In this document: positions 18,966 through 28,632 of the stretch, piece by piece | Numbering within the stretch: the first letter of the stretch is position 1 | Layout of the letters: every line of letters begins with the position of its first letter | Source of the DNA: Bacteroidales bacterium | Lineage (GTDB): Bacteria; Bacteroidota; Bacteroidia; Bacteroidales; UBA7960 | DNA: 64,000 nucleotides | Direction of reading: 5' to 3' | Assembly: GCA_007125585.1 (NCBI GenBank) | Contig: SLCY01000037.1 | Location: 422 to 64,421 of the forward strand | Position numbers and translations under genes: made by a program | Notes under the pieces: generated by a model | The model's input: the letters and a program-made list of their open reading frames with translations, nothing else | Told to the model about the DNA's origin: nothing | The model's database searches: none

Positions 18966-20189
18966 ATGAACATGATGCTGAAAATATCGTGGAGAAACAT
19001 CTGGCGCAACCCCAAAAGAAGCCTTGTGATGGTTGCAGCCATTACCGCAGGCTTATGGGGAGGCATCAGCGCAGCCTCCCTGGTATTTGGTCTCCTTGAG
19101 CAACGTTTTCAAACAAGCATCGAACAGCACATCAGCCACCTGCAGATCCATCATCCCGATTATCTCAGGGACCATGTTGTGGAACACAGGGTGGAAGACT
19201 GGAAGGCTTTACAGGAATACATAGATAACGATCGTGCCATAAAAACCTATTCGATGCGAACCACCCTGAACGGCATGTTTTCCTCAGCCCATCTTACCGG
19301 GGGGGTCCATATTATTGGCGTTGAACCTGAACATGAAGCCAGCACTACCCGGATTAACGATAACCTCACAGACGGGAGTTACTTTTCTGATGCGCTTCGC
19401 AACCCTGTGCTGGTAGGAAAGCAACTGGCAGAAAAGTCGAAACTTCAGGTCGGCTCACGCCTGGTACTTACCTTTCAGGACACAGAAGGAGACCTGGTAT
19501 CGGCCGCCTTCCGGGTGGCCGGCATCTTTCAAACGGCAAACAAACAATTTGATGAATCCCATATTTATGCGTTGCGTTCGGAATTGGGTCATTACATTGA
19601 CAGCGAGGTGGTGGTCAACGAGGTTGCTTTGCTGGCAATGGATATTGAACAGATCAATCCTGTCAGGGAGCGCTATGCGGAGGCTTTTCCCGGGCTTACT
19701 GTGCGCAGCTGGGATGAGATCGCCCCTGATCTTTATTATATGCAGGGGATGGCAAATCTGATGATGATGATCATCCTGGCCATTATCCTTTTTGCCCTGG
19801 CTTTCGGACTGGTCAATACCATGCTCATGGCGGTGTTTGAGCGTATCCGTGAGCTGGGGGTACTTATGGCCATCGGGATGAACAAAAAAAGGGTTTTCTC
19901 CATGATCATGCTTGAAACAAGTATCTTGTCTTTATTGGGAGCTGCCGGGGGGTTACTTGCAAGCCTGTTTACCCTGAGCATATTGGGTAGCAGAGGCCTC
20001 GACCTTGCCGCTGTTGGGGGTGACTCTTTGAACGAGTTTGGGTTTCCTTCGTTTGTGTACCCCACCATTGAACCCTCTTTTATTTTGATGCTCATGCTGA
20101 TGGTGGTCGCCACCGCACTGATCACAGCTGTTTACCCGGCGTTAAAGGCCATACGGTTGCATCCCGCGGAAGCGGTTAAAGAGGAATAA
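18966..20189 (+). CDS. ABC transporter permease, FtsX/MacB type (P4)
   Basis: ISWRNIWRNPKRS N-terminus, HISHLQIHHP and RELGVLMAIGM blocks shared with P2. Confidence 0.85.
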   Translation: MNMMLKISWRNIWRNPKRSLVMVAAITAGLWGGISAASLVFGLLEQRFQTSIEQHISHLQIHHPDYLRDHVVEHRVEDWKALQEYIDNDRAIKTYSMRTTLNGMFSSAHLTGGVHIIGVEPEHEASTTRINDNLTDGSYFSDALRNPVLVGKQLAEKSKLQVGSRLVLTFQDTEGDLVSAAFRVAGIFQTANKQFDESHIYALRSELGHYIDSEVVVNEVALLAMDIEQINPVRERYAEAFPGLTVRSWDEIAPDLYYMQGMANLMMMIILAIILFALAFGLVNTMLMAVFERIRELGVLMAIGMNKKRVFSMIMLETSILSLLGAAGGLLASLFTLSILGSRGLDLAAVGGDSLNEFGFPSFVYPTIEPSFILMLMLMVVATALITAVYPALKAIRLHPAEAVKEE

Positions 20190-20436
20190 ACACCAACCGT
20201 TGCGACAGCAAGTTAAGGGCATTTGAGGGAGCTCTTTGCCAACAAACATGGAGTGAATATGCCGGAAGCTTTGGCAAACAATAACAAATTCACAATATAA
20301 ACATGAAATGATTACCTATTCAAATAGTTTTTGCATCTTTGCGCTGGCAATAAACTGCTGATAACCATATTTTTAAACAACTGTTTCAGTTCTTAATGAT
20401 CCGCAAGATCGTTTCGAACATGATAAAAAAAATAAG

Positions 20437-20973
20437 ATGGATAGTCATTATAATATACGCTCGGCAAAAGTCACCGACAAAGAAAATATCTACACGCTGG
20501 TCAGGGAAAGCATCGCCCGCGAGAAACAATTGTCGAACCCTTCACTGGTACCTTCAGGGTTCCTGGAAGAGTTTGTTGATAAGGCAATTCACAAGGGCAA
20601 TATGCTCGTCGTGGAAAACAGCATGAAAGAGCTGGAGCTCATCGGTGAAATACATGCCTACAACACCACCGACAAACATGATGCGGAAAGCAGTCAGCTC
20701 AAGGAGTTTGCTTTTTTTTCCAGGATGGACAGCATGGCGGCAGACAGGGAGACAGAGCTCGTGAGCTGGCTTTTTGGAGAGATCAGGACCAGGCACCACG
20801 ATGTATTCAGGGTAGAGATCACCGCCCCTGTTCGCAATTTTGCCTCCGTCGACCACTATAAAAAAATGGGCCTTACGGTGGAAGGGAACTATGAGAGACG
20901 CCTGCAAAACAATCCCGGGGGCCGCTTTCATCTGCTGATACCCCTCTCCTGGAACAACCCGTCGTTTAACTGA
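20437..20973 (+). CDS. GNAT-family N-acetyltransferase (tentative)
   Basis: Size and layout fit an acetyltransferase fold (beta-rich core, YKKMGL segment). Motifs are weak. Confidence 0.5.
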   Translation: MDSHYNIRSAKVTDKENIYTLVRESIAREKQLSNPSLVPSGFLEEFVDKAIHKGNMLVVENSMKELELIGEIHAYNTTDKHDAESSQLKEFAFFSRMDSMAADRETELVSWLFGEIRTRHHDVFRVEITAPVRNFASVDHYKKMGLTVEGNYERRLQNNPGGRFHLLIPLSWNNPSFN

Positions 20974-21124
20974 AACAAACGTCCTCTTAAGCATAACCCC
21001 AACCCCAGAAGCCACAGCCGGGGGGCTCCATCCCATTCAGGGATCCGGCTACCTTCAAACCATTTCCAAACAGCCAGTATGAATAAAATTACTGTCGGCC
21101 GCTATCAGATACAACCATATTGTG

Positions 21125-21132
21125 TAACTTTG
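21125..21132 (+). promoter_or_regulatory. Candidate -7 box TAACTTTG
   Basis: TAnnTTTG match 27 nt upstream of the ATG at 21160. Supports the shortened start of the cyclophilin gene. Confidence 0.55.
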
Positions 21133-21159
21133 GGGCTTCACAACACAAAGACAGCACCA

Positions 21160-21870
21160 ATGAAAACCACACACAGCACCTTCTTGTTTTCCATATTGTT
21201 TTTCGGACTGTGTCTGTTGACCGGATCCATACAAAACGCCAGCAGCATGAATCAACAGCAGAGTAACGATCATGGGGACCGCACCCATGTTTTGATCACG
21301 ACTGTCAAAGGCAACATTACCGTTGCCCTGTATAATGAAACGCCCCTGCACCGCGACAACTTCCTGGAGTTGGCCAGGGGGGGCTTTTATGAGGGCCTTT
21401 TGTTTCACCGCGTCATCAGCGGCTTCATGATACAGGCCGGTGATCCCATGAGCAGGGATGCCGTTCCCGGTGAGCCGCTCGGATCAGGGGGCCCCGGGTA
21501 TACCATCCCTGCCGAGATCACTCCCGGACTCTTTCACCAAAAAGGTGCACTGGCAGCTGCACGGCAAGGTGACCAGGTGAATCCGGAAAGGCGTTCTTCC
21601 GGCTCACAGTTCTATATCGTACAGGGACGCGTATGGAGCGAAAGAGACCTTGACCAGATGGAGCAAGGCAAAGAAACACCTTTTACGGATGAACAAAGGG
21701 AAAAATATACAACCGTTGGCGGCACACCCCACCTTGATGATGCCTACACCGTTTTCGGACAGGTAATTGAAGGGATTGAAGTGGTTGATCGTATCGCAGC
21801 CATGGAAACCGGCGACAGGGACCGCCCGAAAGAGGATGTGGCCATCCTCAGCATAGAAATACTGGATTAA
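21160..21870 (+). CDS. Peptidyl-prolyl cis-trans isomerase, cyclophilin type, secreted
   Basis: FHRVISGFMIQAGDP and SQFYIV cyclophilin blocks, N-terminal signal peptide. Confidence 0.85.
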   Translation: MKTTHSTFLFSILFFGLCLLTGSIQNASSMNQQQSNDHGDRTHVLITTVKGNITVALYNETPLHRDNFLELARGGFYEGLLFHRVISGFMIQAGDPMSRDAVPGEPLGSGGPGYTIPAEITPGLFHQKGALAAARQGDQVNPERRSSGSQFYIVQGRVWSERDLDQMEQGKETPFTDEQREKYTTVGGTPHLDDAYTVFGQVIEGIEVVDRIAAMETGDRDRPKEDVAILSIEILD

Positions 21871-22075
21871 AGATCAAAAACAACTCAACCATTGCCGTCC
21901 CTGAACAAGAGCCGGGCTCCGGCGGCCAAATGTGTTTCATAAAGAGCCCCCTGTACAGACAGTCACGGACTGTCCACCAGGATACAAACAGATAAAATGA
22001 CAAAACAGGGCTTGTCCCGCAAAAAACATATCGTCAGTTAAATCCCGGCAATTCACCAGCGAAGCTTTATACATT

Positions 22076-23107
22076 ATGATTGACAAAATCAACACCCTTC
22101 TGGAAGAGGTAAAGGCTTTCGAGGCGAAGACCATGGAGGAGGCTGAGGTTTTTCGCGTCAGGATGTTGTCGAAAAAGGGTGCTATCCCTGCACTTTTTCA
22201 GGAGTTTAAATCTGTGCCCCCCGCCGATCGCAAAGCGGTCGGGCAGCAGCTGAACCAGCTTAAACAGGCTGCCACAGAAAAAGTGAACACCATCAAGACA
22301 AGGCTCGAAACAGAGGCATCCAGCCGTCAACCGGGCAAAAAAAGACCCGATTTGACCATGCCTGCAAACTTCAGTCCCATTGGAAGCAGACATCCGTTGT
22401 CGGTAATCCGCAACCGTATCAACAACATCTTTGAAAAGATCGGTTTTGTGATATCTGAAGGGCCGGAGATTGAAGATGACTGGCATAACTTCAGCGCATT
22501 GAACTTCCCGGAAGATCATCCGGCCCGCGACATGCAGGACACCTTTTTTGTGGAAAAGGACCCCGACATTGCCCTGCGCACCCACACCTCTTCGGTGCAG
22601 GTCAGGGTGATGGAAACCCAGCAACCGCCGATCCGCACCATCTCGCCGGGAAGGGTGTTCCGCAACGAAGCCATCTCAGCCAGGGCACACTGCATCTTTC
22701 ACCAGGTTGAAGGGCTGTATATTGATCAAGATGTTTCATTTGCCGACATGAAACAATGCCTTCTTTATTTTGCCCGTGAGATGTTTGGAGAGAAAACACA
22801 GATACGACTGCGCCCTTCCTTTTTCCCCTTCACAGAACCGTCAGCTGAAATGGATGTGTCGTGCAGCCTCTGTGACAGCAAGGGCTGCAGCATTTGTAAA
22901 TACAGCGGATGGATAGAGATCATGGGCTGTGGCATGGTGGACCCCAATGTACTCGAAAACTGCGGGATCGACAGCAAACAATATACAGGATATGCATTCG
23001 GCATGGGCATCGAACGCATCGCCATGATCATATACCACATCAAAGACCTGCGGATGTTCTTTGAGAACGACCTGCGCTTCCTGCGCCAGTTCGAATCAGC
23101 AATGTAA
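22076..23107 (+). CDS. pheS: Phenylalanine--tRNA ligase alpha subunit
   Basis: Class II motifs FRNEAISARAH, FFPFTEPS and GCGMVDPNVL, with GFAFGMGIERIAM at the C-terminus. Confidence 0.95.
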   Translation: MIDKINTLLEEVKAFEAKTMEEAEVFRVRMLSKKGAIPALFQEFKSVPPADRKAVGQQLNQLKQAATEKVNTIKTRLETEASSRQPGKKRPDLTMPANFSPIGSRHPLSVIRNRINNIFEKIGFVISEGPEIEDDWHNFSALNFPEDHPARDMQDTFFVEKDPDIALRTHTSSVQVRVMETQQPPIRTISPGRVFRNEAISARAHCIFHQVEGLYIDQDVSFADMKQCLLYFAREMFGEKTQIRLRPSFFPFTEPSAEMDVSCSLCDSKGCSICKYSGWIEIMGCGMVDPNVLENCGIDSKQYTGYAFGMGIERIAMIIYHIKDLRMFFENDLRFLRQFESAM

Positions 23108-23142
23108 GGTTAAATGGATCGTTGTGCAAAGGGTGCCAATAG

Positions 23143-23162
23143 ACACAGGGCTTGACCTGTGT
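23143..23162. repeat. Recurring hairpin ACACAGG-GCTTGA-CCTGTGT (copy 2)
   Basis: Same 18-nt core as 15758-15775. The closing pair changes from T-A to A-T, which preserves the 7-bp stem. Confidence 0.7.
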
Positions 23163-23251
23163 GCCGGAATATCAACGGTTAATGCTGTACAACCTGCAGG
23201 ATAATGTTTTTTGGCACTGCTCCCGAACGATTAATACCAAAAAGCGTAATC

Positions 23252-24532
23252 ATGGCCACCAGATACAAACAAGCCCTTGACCTGGACCGCTCCGATCCCC
23301 TGGCCGGCTACCGCGATCGTTTTTATATCCCTGAAAACACCATCTATGTGGATGGGAACTCCCTCGGCCTGCTGAGCAAAGATGCGGAGGCGTCACTCAT
23401 GAGGGTGTTGGAAGAGTGGAAAAACCTTGGGATCAAAGGGTGGCTGCAGGCAGAGCGTCCCTGGTTCTACTTTGCGGAAGAGACCGGGGCGGCGGCTTCG
23501 GAACTGGTGGGGGCAGAACCAGCTGAACTGATCTTCACAGGTACGACCACCGTCAACATCCACGCACTGATCAGCACCTTCTACCAGCCACAGGGCCGAC
23601 GCACAAAAATACTGGCCGACGAGCTGAACTTCCCCTCCGACATCTATGCCCTGAAAGGACAGATCAGGCAAAAGGGGCTGGATCCGGACAAGAAGTTGTT
23701 ACTTGCCCCAGGCACAGACGGCAAAACCCTCGATGAACGCACCATCGTCTCCATGATGACAGACGAAGTGGCCCTGGCATGGTTGCCTTCCGTGTTGTAT
23801 GCCAGCGGACAACTTCTTGACATGGAGTATCTGTGCAAAGAGGCAAACGCCCGTGGCATCCCCATTGGTTTCGACTGCAGCCACTCGGCAGGTGCGGTGC
23901 CGCACCGGTTCAGCCAATGGGGGGTTGACTTTGCCACCTTTTGCAGCTATAAATACCTCAACGGCGGCCCGGGATGTACGGCGTTTTTGTACATCAACAA
24001 AAAACATTTTGACAAAGAACCCATGACACCCGGATGGTTTGGTTATGTAAAAGAAAAACAGTTCGACATGCTGCCCGACTTTGAACATGCCCGAAGCGCC
24101 GGCGGATGGCAGATATCTTCACCGGGTATCCTGGGCGCCTCCACGATGGAGGGTTCCTTAAAGGTCATCCGGGAGGCAGGCATCGAAGCCATACGGGAGA
24201 AATCGCTGCAACTGACATCATTCTTCATTGAGCTGGTCAACGACATGCTGCAAGACCCGGCCTCTGGGTTCTCCATCACCACCCCCCCCGAAAGCCACCG
24301 CCGCGGCGGTCATATCGCCCTGGCTCACCCCACCGAAGCCCTCCGGATCAACGAAGCACTCAAAGCACGCGGCATCATCCCCGACTTCCGGGCACCGGAT
24401 ACCATTCGCGTCGCCCCGGTGGCACTATACAACACCTTCGAGGAAGTCTGGAAAGTGGCAGAAGCCCTGAAAGAGATCATGGATAAAAAGGAATACCTTC
24501 AGTTTGTAAAACAAAGAAAAGCGATCTCCTGA
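23252..24532 (+). CDS. kynU: Kynureninase
   Basis: PLP-lysine block SYKYLNGGPG, GFDCSHSAG, length about 425 aa. Start moved to MATRYKQ. Confidence 0.85.
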   Translation: MATRYKQALDLDRSDPLAGYRDRFYIPENTIYVDGNSLGLLSKDAEASLMRVLEEWKNLGIKGWLQAERPWFYFAEETGAAASELVGAEPAELIFTGTTTVNIHALISTFYQPQGRRTKILADELNFPSDIYALKGQIRQKGLDPDKKLLLAPGTDGKTLDERTIVSMMTDEVALAWLPSVLYASGQLLDMEYLCKEANARGIPIGFDCSHSAGAVPHRFSQWGVDFATFCSYKYLNGGPGCTAFLYINKKHFDKEPMTPGWFGYVKEKQFDMLPDFEHARSAGGWQISSPGILGASTMEGSLKVIREAGIEAIREKSLQLTSFFIELVNDMLQDPASGFSITTPPESHRRGGHIALAHPTEALRINEALKARGIIPDFRAPDTIRVAPVALYNTFEEVWKVAEALKEIMDKKEYLQFVKQRKAIS

Positions 24533-24666
24533 ATATTCAGTTCTGCGCTCAGCGTTAAAATCATTAAAAACACGCTAATGCATGTGTAAATTGAGCAAAG
24601 CATCCTTTGCCAACAATAAGTTTTTGAAAATCATTACGATATTGTTTTTCGGATGACTATTTAGAT

Positions 24667-24674
24667 TACCTTTG
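24667..24674 (+). promoter_or_regulatory. Candidate -7 box TACCTTTG
   Basis: TAnnTTTG match upstream of the RRM gene. Favours the ATG at 24710 over the one at 24689. Confidence 0.55.
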
Positions 24675-24709
24675 CAGCGAATTAATTTATGTACAATAAA
24701 CATTTGAAA

Positions 24710-24994
24710 ATGAACATTTTTTGTGGAAGTCTTCCGTTCAAGCTGAAGGAAGAAGAGTTAAAAGAGTTGTTTGAGGAGTATGGTGAGGTAACCTCGGCCA
24801 GGATCATCACCGATAAGTACAGTAACCGAAGCAAAGGTTTTGGATTTGTAGAGATGCCTGACAACGATGCGGCCCAAAAAGCCATTGAGGCATTGCACGA
24901 TACAGAGGTCATGGGACGTACGATCGCTGTAAATGAAGCAGAAGAAAGAAAAGAAAGACCCCGGGGGGGTGGTTTCGGCGGCGGAAGATACTGA
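24710..24994 (+). CDS. RNA-binding protein with RRM domain and Gly-rich tail
   Basis: RNP2 IFCGSL, RNP1 KGFGFVEM, C-terminal RGGGFGGGRY. Confidence 0.8.
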   Translation: MNIFCGSLPFKLKEEELKELFEEYGEVTSARIITDKYSNRSKGFGFVEMPDNDAAQKAIEALHDTEVMGRTIAVNEAEERKERPRGGGFGGGRY

Positions 24995-25026
24995 TCATCA
25001 ACTCGTTCAGCTTCCCCAGTAAGAGC

Positions 25027-25057
25027 GTCACAAAAATTATTGTGGCCTCTTTTTTTT
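25027..25057 (+). terminator. Rho-independent terminator candidate
   Basis: 7-bp stem GTCACAA/TTGTGGC with one G-U pair, followed by CTCTTTTTTTT. Confidence 0.5.
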
Positions 25058-25099
25058 ATCCAGAAATAAGCGTACCTTCATGACAATTAACAACCATTA

Positions 25100-26092
25100 A
25101 TGCCAAAAAAAATGAACGAACAAGAAATCCAGTTCCGCCGCAACATAGAGTGGCTGAAAAGAAACATCAAGAAGATTCTCATCGGGCTGGTCGTCTTCAT
25201 TGTCCTGATCACCTCGGTAAAAACCATCGCTCCGGAAGAGGAAGGCGTAGTGCTTTTCTTAGGAAAATATAACCGAACCCTCGACCCCGGGCTGAACTTC
25301 ATTGCCCCCTTCGGGTTTGAAAGGATGTACAAGATCCCCGTGCAGCGGCAGCTGAAGCAGGAGTTTGGCTTCCGCACCGTGGAAGCAGGTACGCGAAGCC
25401 GCTACGCTAAGGACGCCTACCGCATTGAATCGCTGATGCTCACCGGCGACCTGAACCTGGCCGATGTAGAATGGGTGATCCAGTACCGGATCGTGAATTC
25501 TTTTAATTACCTATTCAAGGTAAGGGATGCTGAAGATGCCCTGCACGACATGTCGGAGGCCGCCATGCGCAAGATCGTGGGCGACCGCACCGTGAACGAA
25601 GTGCTCACCGTGGGCCGCCAGGAAGTGGCTTCCAGCGTTGAGGTGCTGCTGCAACGTATGTGTGACGAATATGAGAATGGCATCCGCATCGACCAGGTGG
25701 TGCTGCAGGACGTGAATCCGCCCGACCCGGTGAAGCCTTCCTTCAACGCCGTGAATGAAGCCCAGCAGGAGCGTGAAACGCTCATCAACCGGGCCGAATC
25801 GGAATACAATCGAGTAATACCCCGCGCCCGCGGTGAAGCCCAGGAAACCATACAACTGGCAGAAGCCTATGCATTGAACCGCGTTAACATCGCCACTGGT
25901 GAGGCCGATCGCTTTAATTCATTTTACACCGAATACATCAGGGCACCCGAAGTAACCAAAAAACGGATCTACTTCGAAACCATGGAACGCATCCTGCCCA
26001 AGCTCGGCAACAAGGTGATCGTGGATGAAGACGGCACGAATGTGCTGCCATTGTTGAATATCGACGGCATCAAACAATCCATAAATCAATAA
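25100..26092 (+). CDS. hflK: FtsH protease modulator HflK (SPFH/band-7)
   Basis: N-terminal TM segment, SPFH domain, coiled-coil tail (EAQQERE...RARGEA), and pairing with hflC. Confidence 0.85.
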   Translation: MPKKMNEQEIQFRRNIEWLKRNIKKILIGLVVFIVLITSVKTIAPEEEGVVLFLGKYNRTLDPGLNFIAPFGFERMYKIPVQRQLKQEFGFRTVEAGTRSRYAKDAYRIESLMLTGDLNLADVEWVIQYRIVNSFNYLFKVRDAEDALHDMSEAAMRKIVGDRTVNEVLTVGRQEVASSVEVLLQRMCDEYENGIRIDQVVLQDVNPPDPVKPSFNAVNEAQQERETLINRAESEYNRVIPRARGEAQETIQLAEAYALNRVNIATGEADRFNSFYTEYIRAPEVTKKRIYFETMERILPKLGNKVIVDEDGTNVLPLLNIDGIKQSINQ

Positions 26093-26157
26093 TCACAAAC
26101 CATCCATTGTAGAGACAAGGCATGCCTTGTCTCTACGGACAACCTAAACATATACCT

Positions 26158-27099
26158 ATGAAAAACAAAAAATCCATCGCCATATTAATTGCCGCTGCTG
26201 TCGTGATCATCGTGGCCTTAAGCAGCATGTTCATCCTGGATGAAACCCAGCAGGCCATCGTAACCCAGTTTGGAAAGCCGGTAGGCGGGCCACGTACTGA
26301 GCCAGGCTTACAGTTCAAAGCCCCCTTCATCCACAAAATTCAATACTTCGACAAGCGCTACCTGAAGTGGGATGGCGACCCCAACCAGGTGCCCACCCAG
26401 GACAAGCGGTTTATGCATGTTGACACCTATGCACGGTGGCAGATCGTTGATCCGCTGCAGTTCTTCATCCGCCTGCGCGACGAACGCTCCGGGCAGTCGC
26501 GCCTGGATGACATCCTCGACGGCGAAACCCGTAACGCCGTAGCGAGCTACTTGCTGCTCGACCTGGTGCGCTCCACCAACCGGACACCAGAAGTGTATGA
26601 AGACTATCTCGAGGAGCTGGAACACCTGGAAGAAATCACCGTTGGCCGTGAGGCCATCGAAGCCCAGGTGCTCGAAAGAGCCAACGAACGCACTTCCGAC
26701 CTCGGCATTGTCATACTCGATTTCCGCTTTAAGCGAATGAATTACGTCACCGAGGTGAGGGAGCGCGTGTACGACCGCATGATCAGCGAGCGAAACCGTA
26801 TTGCCGACCAGTTCCGCTCAGAGGGTGAAGGTGAAGCCAGAAAAATTGAAGGCGACAAAGAGCGCGACCTGGCACAAATACAGTCGGAGGCCATCAGGGA
26901 ATCTGAAATGATCCGCGGCCGCGCCGATGCGCGGGCTACAGAGATCTATGCCTCTGCTTACAACAGGAACAATCCCTCCAGGGAACTCTATAACTTCCTC
27001 AGGGCAATGGAATCACTCGAAAAATCTTTGGACGAACAAACAACCGTGATCATGACCACCGATAATGAGTTGTTCAGGTATTTGAAAGAAGCAAAATAA
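26158..27099 (+). CDS. hflC: FtsH protease modulator HflC (SPFH/band-7)
   Basis: TM anchor, SPFH domain, RSEGEGEARKI coiled coil. Start moved to MKNKKS. Confidence 0.85.
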   Translation: MKNKKSIAILIAAAVVIIVALSSMFILDETQQAIVTQFGKPVGGPRTEPGLQFKAPFIHKIQYFDKRYLKWDGDPNQVPTQDKRFMHVDTYARWQIVDPLQFFIRLRDERSGQSRLDDILDGETRNAVASYLLLDLVRSTNRTPEVYEDYLEELEHLEEITVGREAIEAQVLERANERTSDLGIVILDFRFKRMNYVTEVRERVYDRMISERNRIADQFRSEGEGEARKIEGDKERDLAQIQSEAIRESEMIRGRADARATEIYASAYNRNNPSRELYNFLRAMESLEKSLDEQTTVIMTTDNELFRYLKEAK

Positions 27100-27173
27100 T
27101 TTGGCTTTATTTGCCCTTATTATAAAACTTACTTGGTATCGTGCACTTATCCTGGCCGGCAAACCATGTTGGC

Positions 27174-28088
27174 TTAAAAGCTGTATGACAATCCCACGCC
27201 CAGCAAGTGTTTGAACTGTACTTTGGAGGAGTCACCGATGCCGTCATCTGAGGTGTCAAAAAGTATGTCGGCATCATAGATAAGGTGGGTTGCAAAACTA
27301 ACGGTTAAATACCGTCCGACTTTCATCAGCAGCAGGGTTTCCCAGTTGACGTCAATCTCCTTGGGATTGTCCAGGTAATTTGAGAAGAAGTCGGCCTTGG
27401 TTTGAAAGGCGATGTTTTCGGTGATATCCCTTTTATAAAATGCCCGGATATATCCCCCAAACTCACTGCGTGACTTCTTGCCGGGATCAACACCAAAAGC
27501 GCCGGCGTCGGCCAGGGTCTGGTCATTGACGAGGGTAATTTTTCCGGTCAGGGGAGCCAGAAACAGGCTGAAACTACCTTCTGGTTGATAATCCATACCG
27601 ATGGAAGCCAGGAAATAACCTGGCGCCAAAAACCTGGATATTTCGATGCTGTCGTTGGGATAGTCGTATCCGGCAGTCATCTGCGTCTTAAAATTGACAA
27701 GCCCTGCATAGTACCAGGATTCGGATGCTTTCAGTCCGGCTTTGGAGAGCAGGTCAACCTTATCGTCGGTTTTGATCACGCCTTCATCGCCCTGCCTGAT
27801 CAACCCATAGCCAAGGTCCAGCGAGTTGTTCCAGACAACCGACTCTTTTCGGTAATCAGCAAACAGGTTAAATAGCGCGTTACCGGACATGGAGCTTTGC
27901 CCGCCCGCAGCCCAGTTGGTCAGCGACACCTGGTTGAAGCCCACGGAGAACAGCCCGCCGGTTTGCCAGCCATCGGACACACCTTCTGCCACTTCCCGCA
28001 GAACCTCTTCGGTCTCTGTGGTTTGTGCAAAAACCACGTTTGTTGCCAATAAAAATGACATCATTACAAAAAAACGATTTCTTTTCAT
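27174..28088 (-). CDS. Putative outer-membrane beta-barrel protein (DUF3078-like)
   Basis: Signal peptide ending VFAQ, alternating beta-strand pattern, C-terminal GLSYSF. Confidence 0.45.
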   Translation of the reverse strand: MKRNRFFVMMSFLLATNVVFAQTTETEEVLREVAEGVSDGWQTGGLFSVGFNQVSLTNWAAGGQSSMSGNALFNLFADYRKESVVWNNSLDLGYGLIRQGDEGVIKTDDKVDLLSKAGLKASESWYYAGLVNFKTQMTAGYDYPNDSIEISRFLAPGYFLASIGMDYQPEGSFSLFLAPLTGKITLVNDQTLADAGAFGVDPGKKSRSEFGGYIRAFYKRDITENIAFQTKADFFSNYLDNPKEIDVNWETLLLMKVGRYLTVSFATHLIYDADILFDTSDDGIGDSSKVQFKHLLGVGLSYSF

Positions 28089-28388
28089 TTTGTTTATGTT
28101 TACGTTAATTCTGCTGTTATTTTGGATGCAATTATAGAACTACTGATCCTGCTTTAGATTATCTGTTCAGGACGTGTTTTTTTTCTAAGATTGAGCCTCA
28201 CCCATTGGATATCGACAATCATCCTCGCTGAAGCCGCTTAACCCTTCTTTATCTGTTTGTGTTTTATTTGAACAGGCAATAAACACAGCTATACATGTGC
28301 AAATGTATATCCTTTTTAATATTCAAAGCACGTTTTTTTACCGATAGCAAATTCTCGGCAAGCAGTCCTGTTGGTTTCAGGACTAGAA

Positions 28389-28443
28389 TTATGCAGGCTT
28401 AAACCCATAAACTTTTAAACCCTTAAACCCATAAACTTTTAAA
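28389..28443. repeat. 24-bp tandem repeat TTAAACCCATAAACTTTTAAACCC, 2.3 copies
   Basis: Units 28389-28412 and 28413-28436 are identical, with a partial third unit. The embedded octamer TTAAACCC occurs four times, plus a partial fifth copy (TTAAACC). Confidence 0.9.
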
Positions 28444-28632
28444 CCCTTAAACCTCTTTGACCTTTTGACAAATGATAAACATTAATAAACAAGCGACGAC
28501 CGGGTGAAAGACCTTGAGACGTTTTTCATGTGTCTGTGTGTAATTTCGAATGAAAAAAATTCAAACATAAGGCCCCCGGGCATTGTTGATTGTGTAGAAA
28601 TTCCGTAATTTCGCCGCCACAATCACCACCCA

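Noticed and set aside
20233-20244. The 12-mer CTTTGCCAACAA, shared by the spacers at 20233 and 24604, as a regulatory motif
   Set aside because: Exact 12-mer recurrences are expected hundreds of times by chance in 64 kb when both strands are considered. There is no additional structure or positional support.
28389-28443. The tandem repeat as a CRISPR array
   Set aside because: The units are contiguous with no spacers. There are only 2.3 copies, and no cas genes are nearby.
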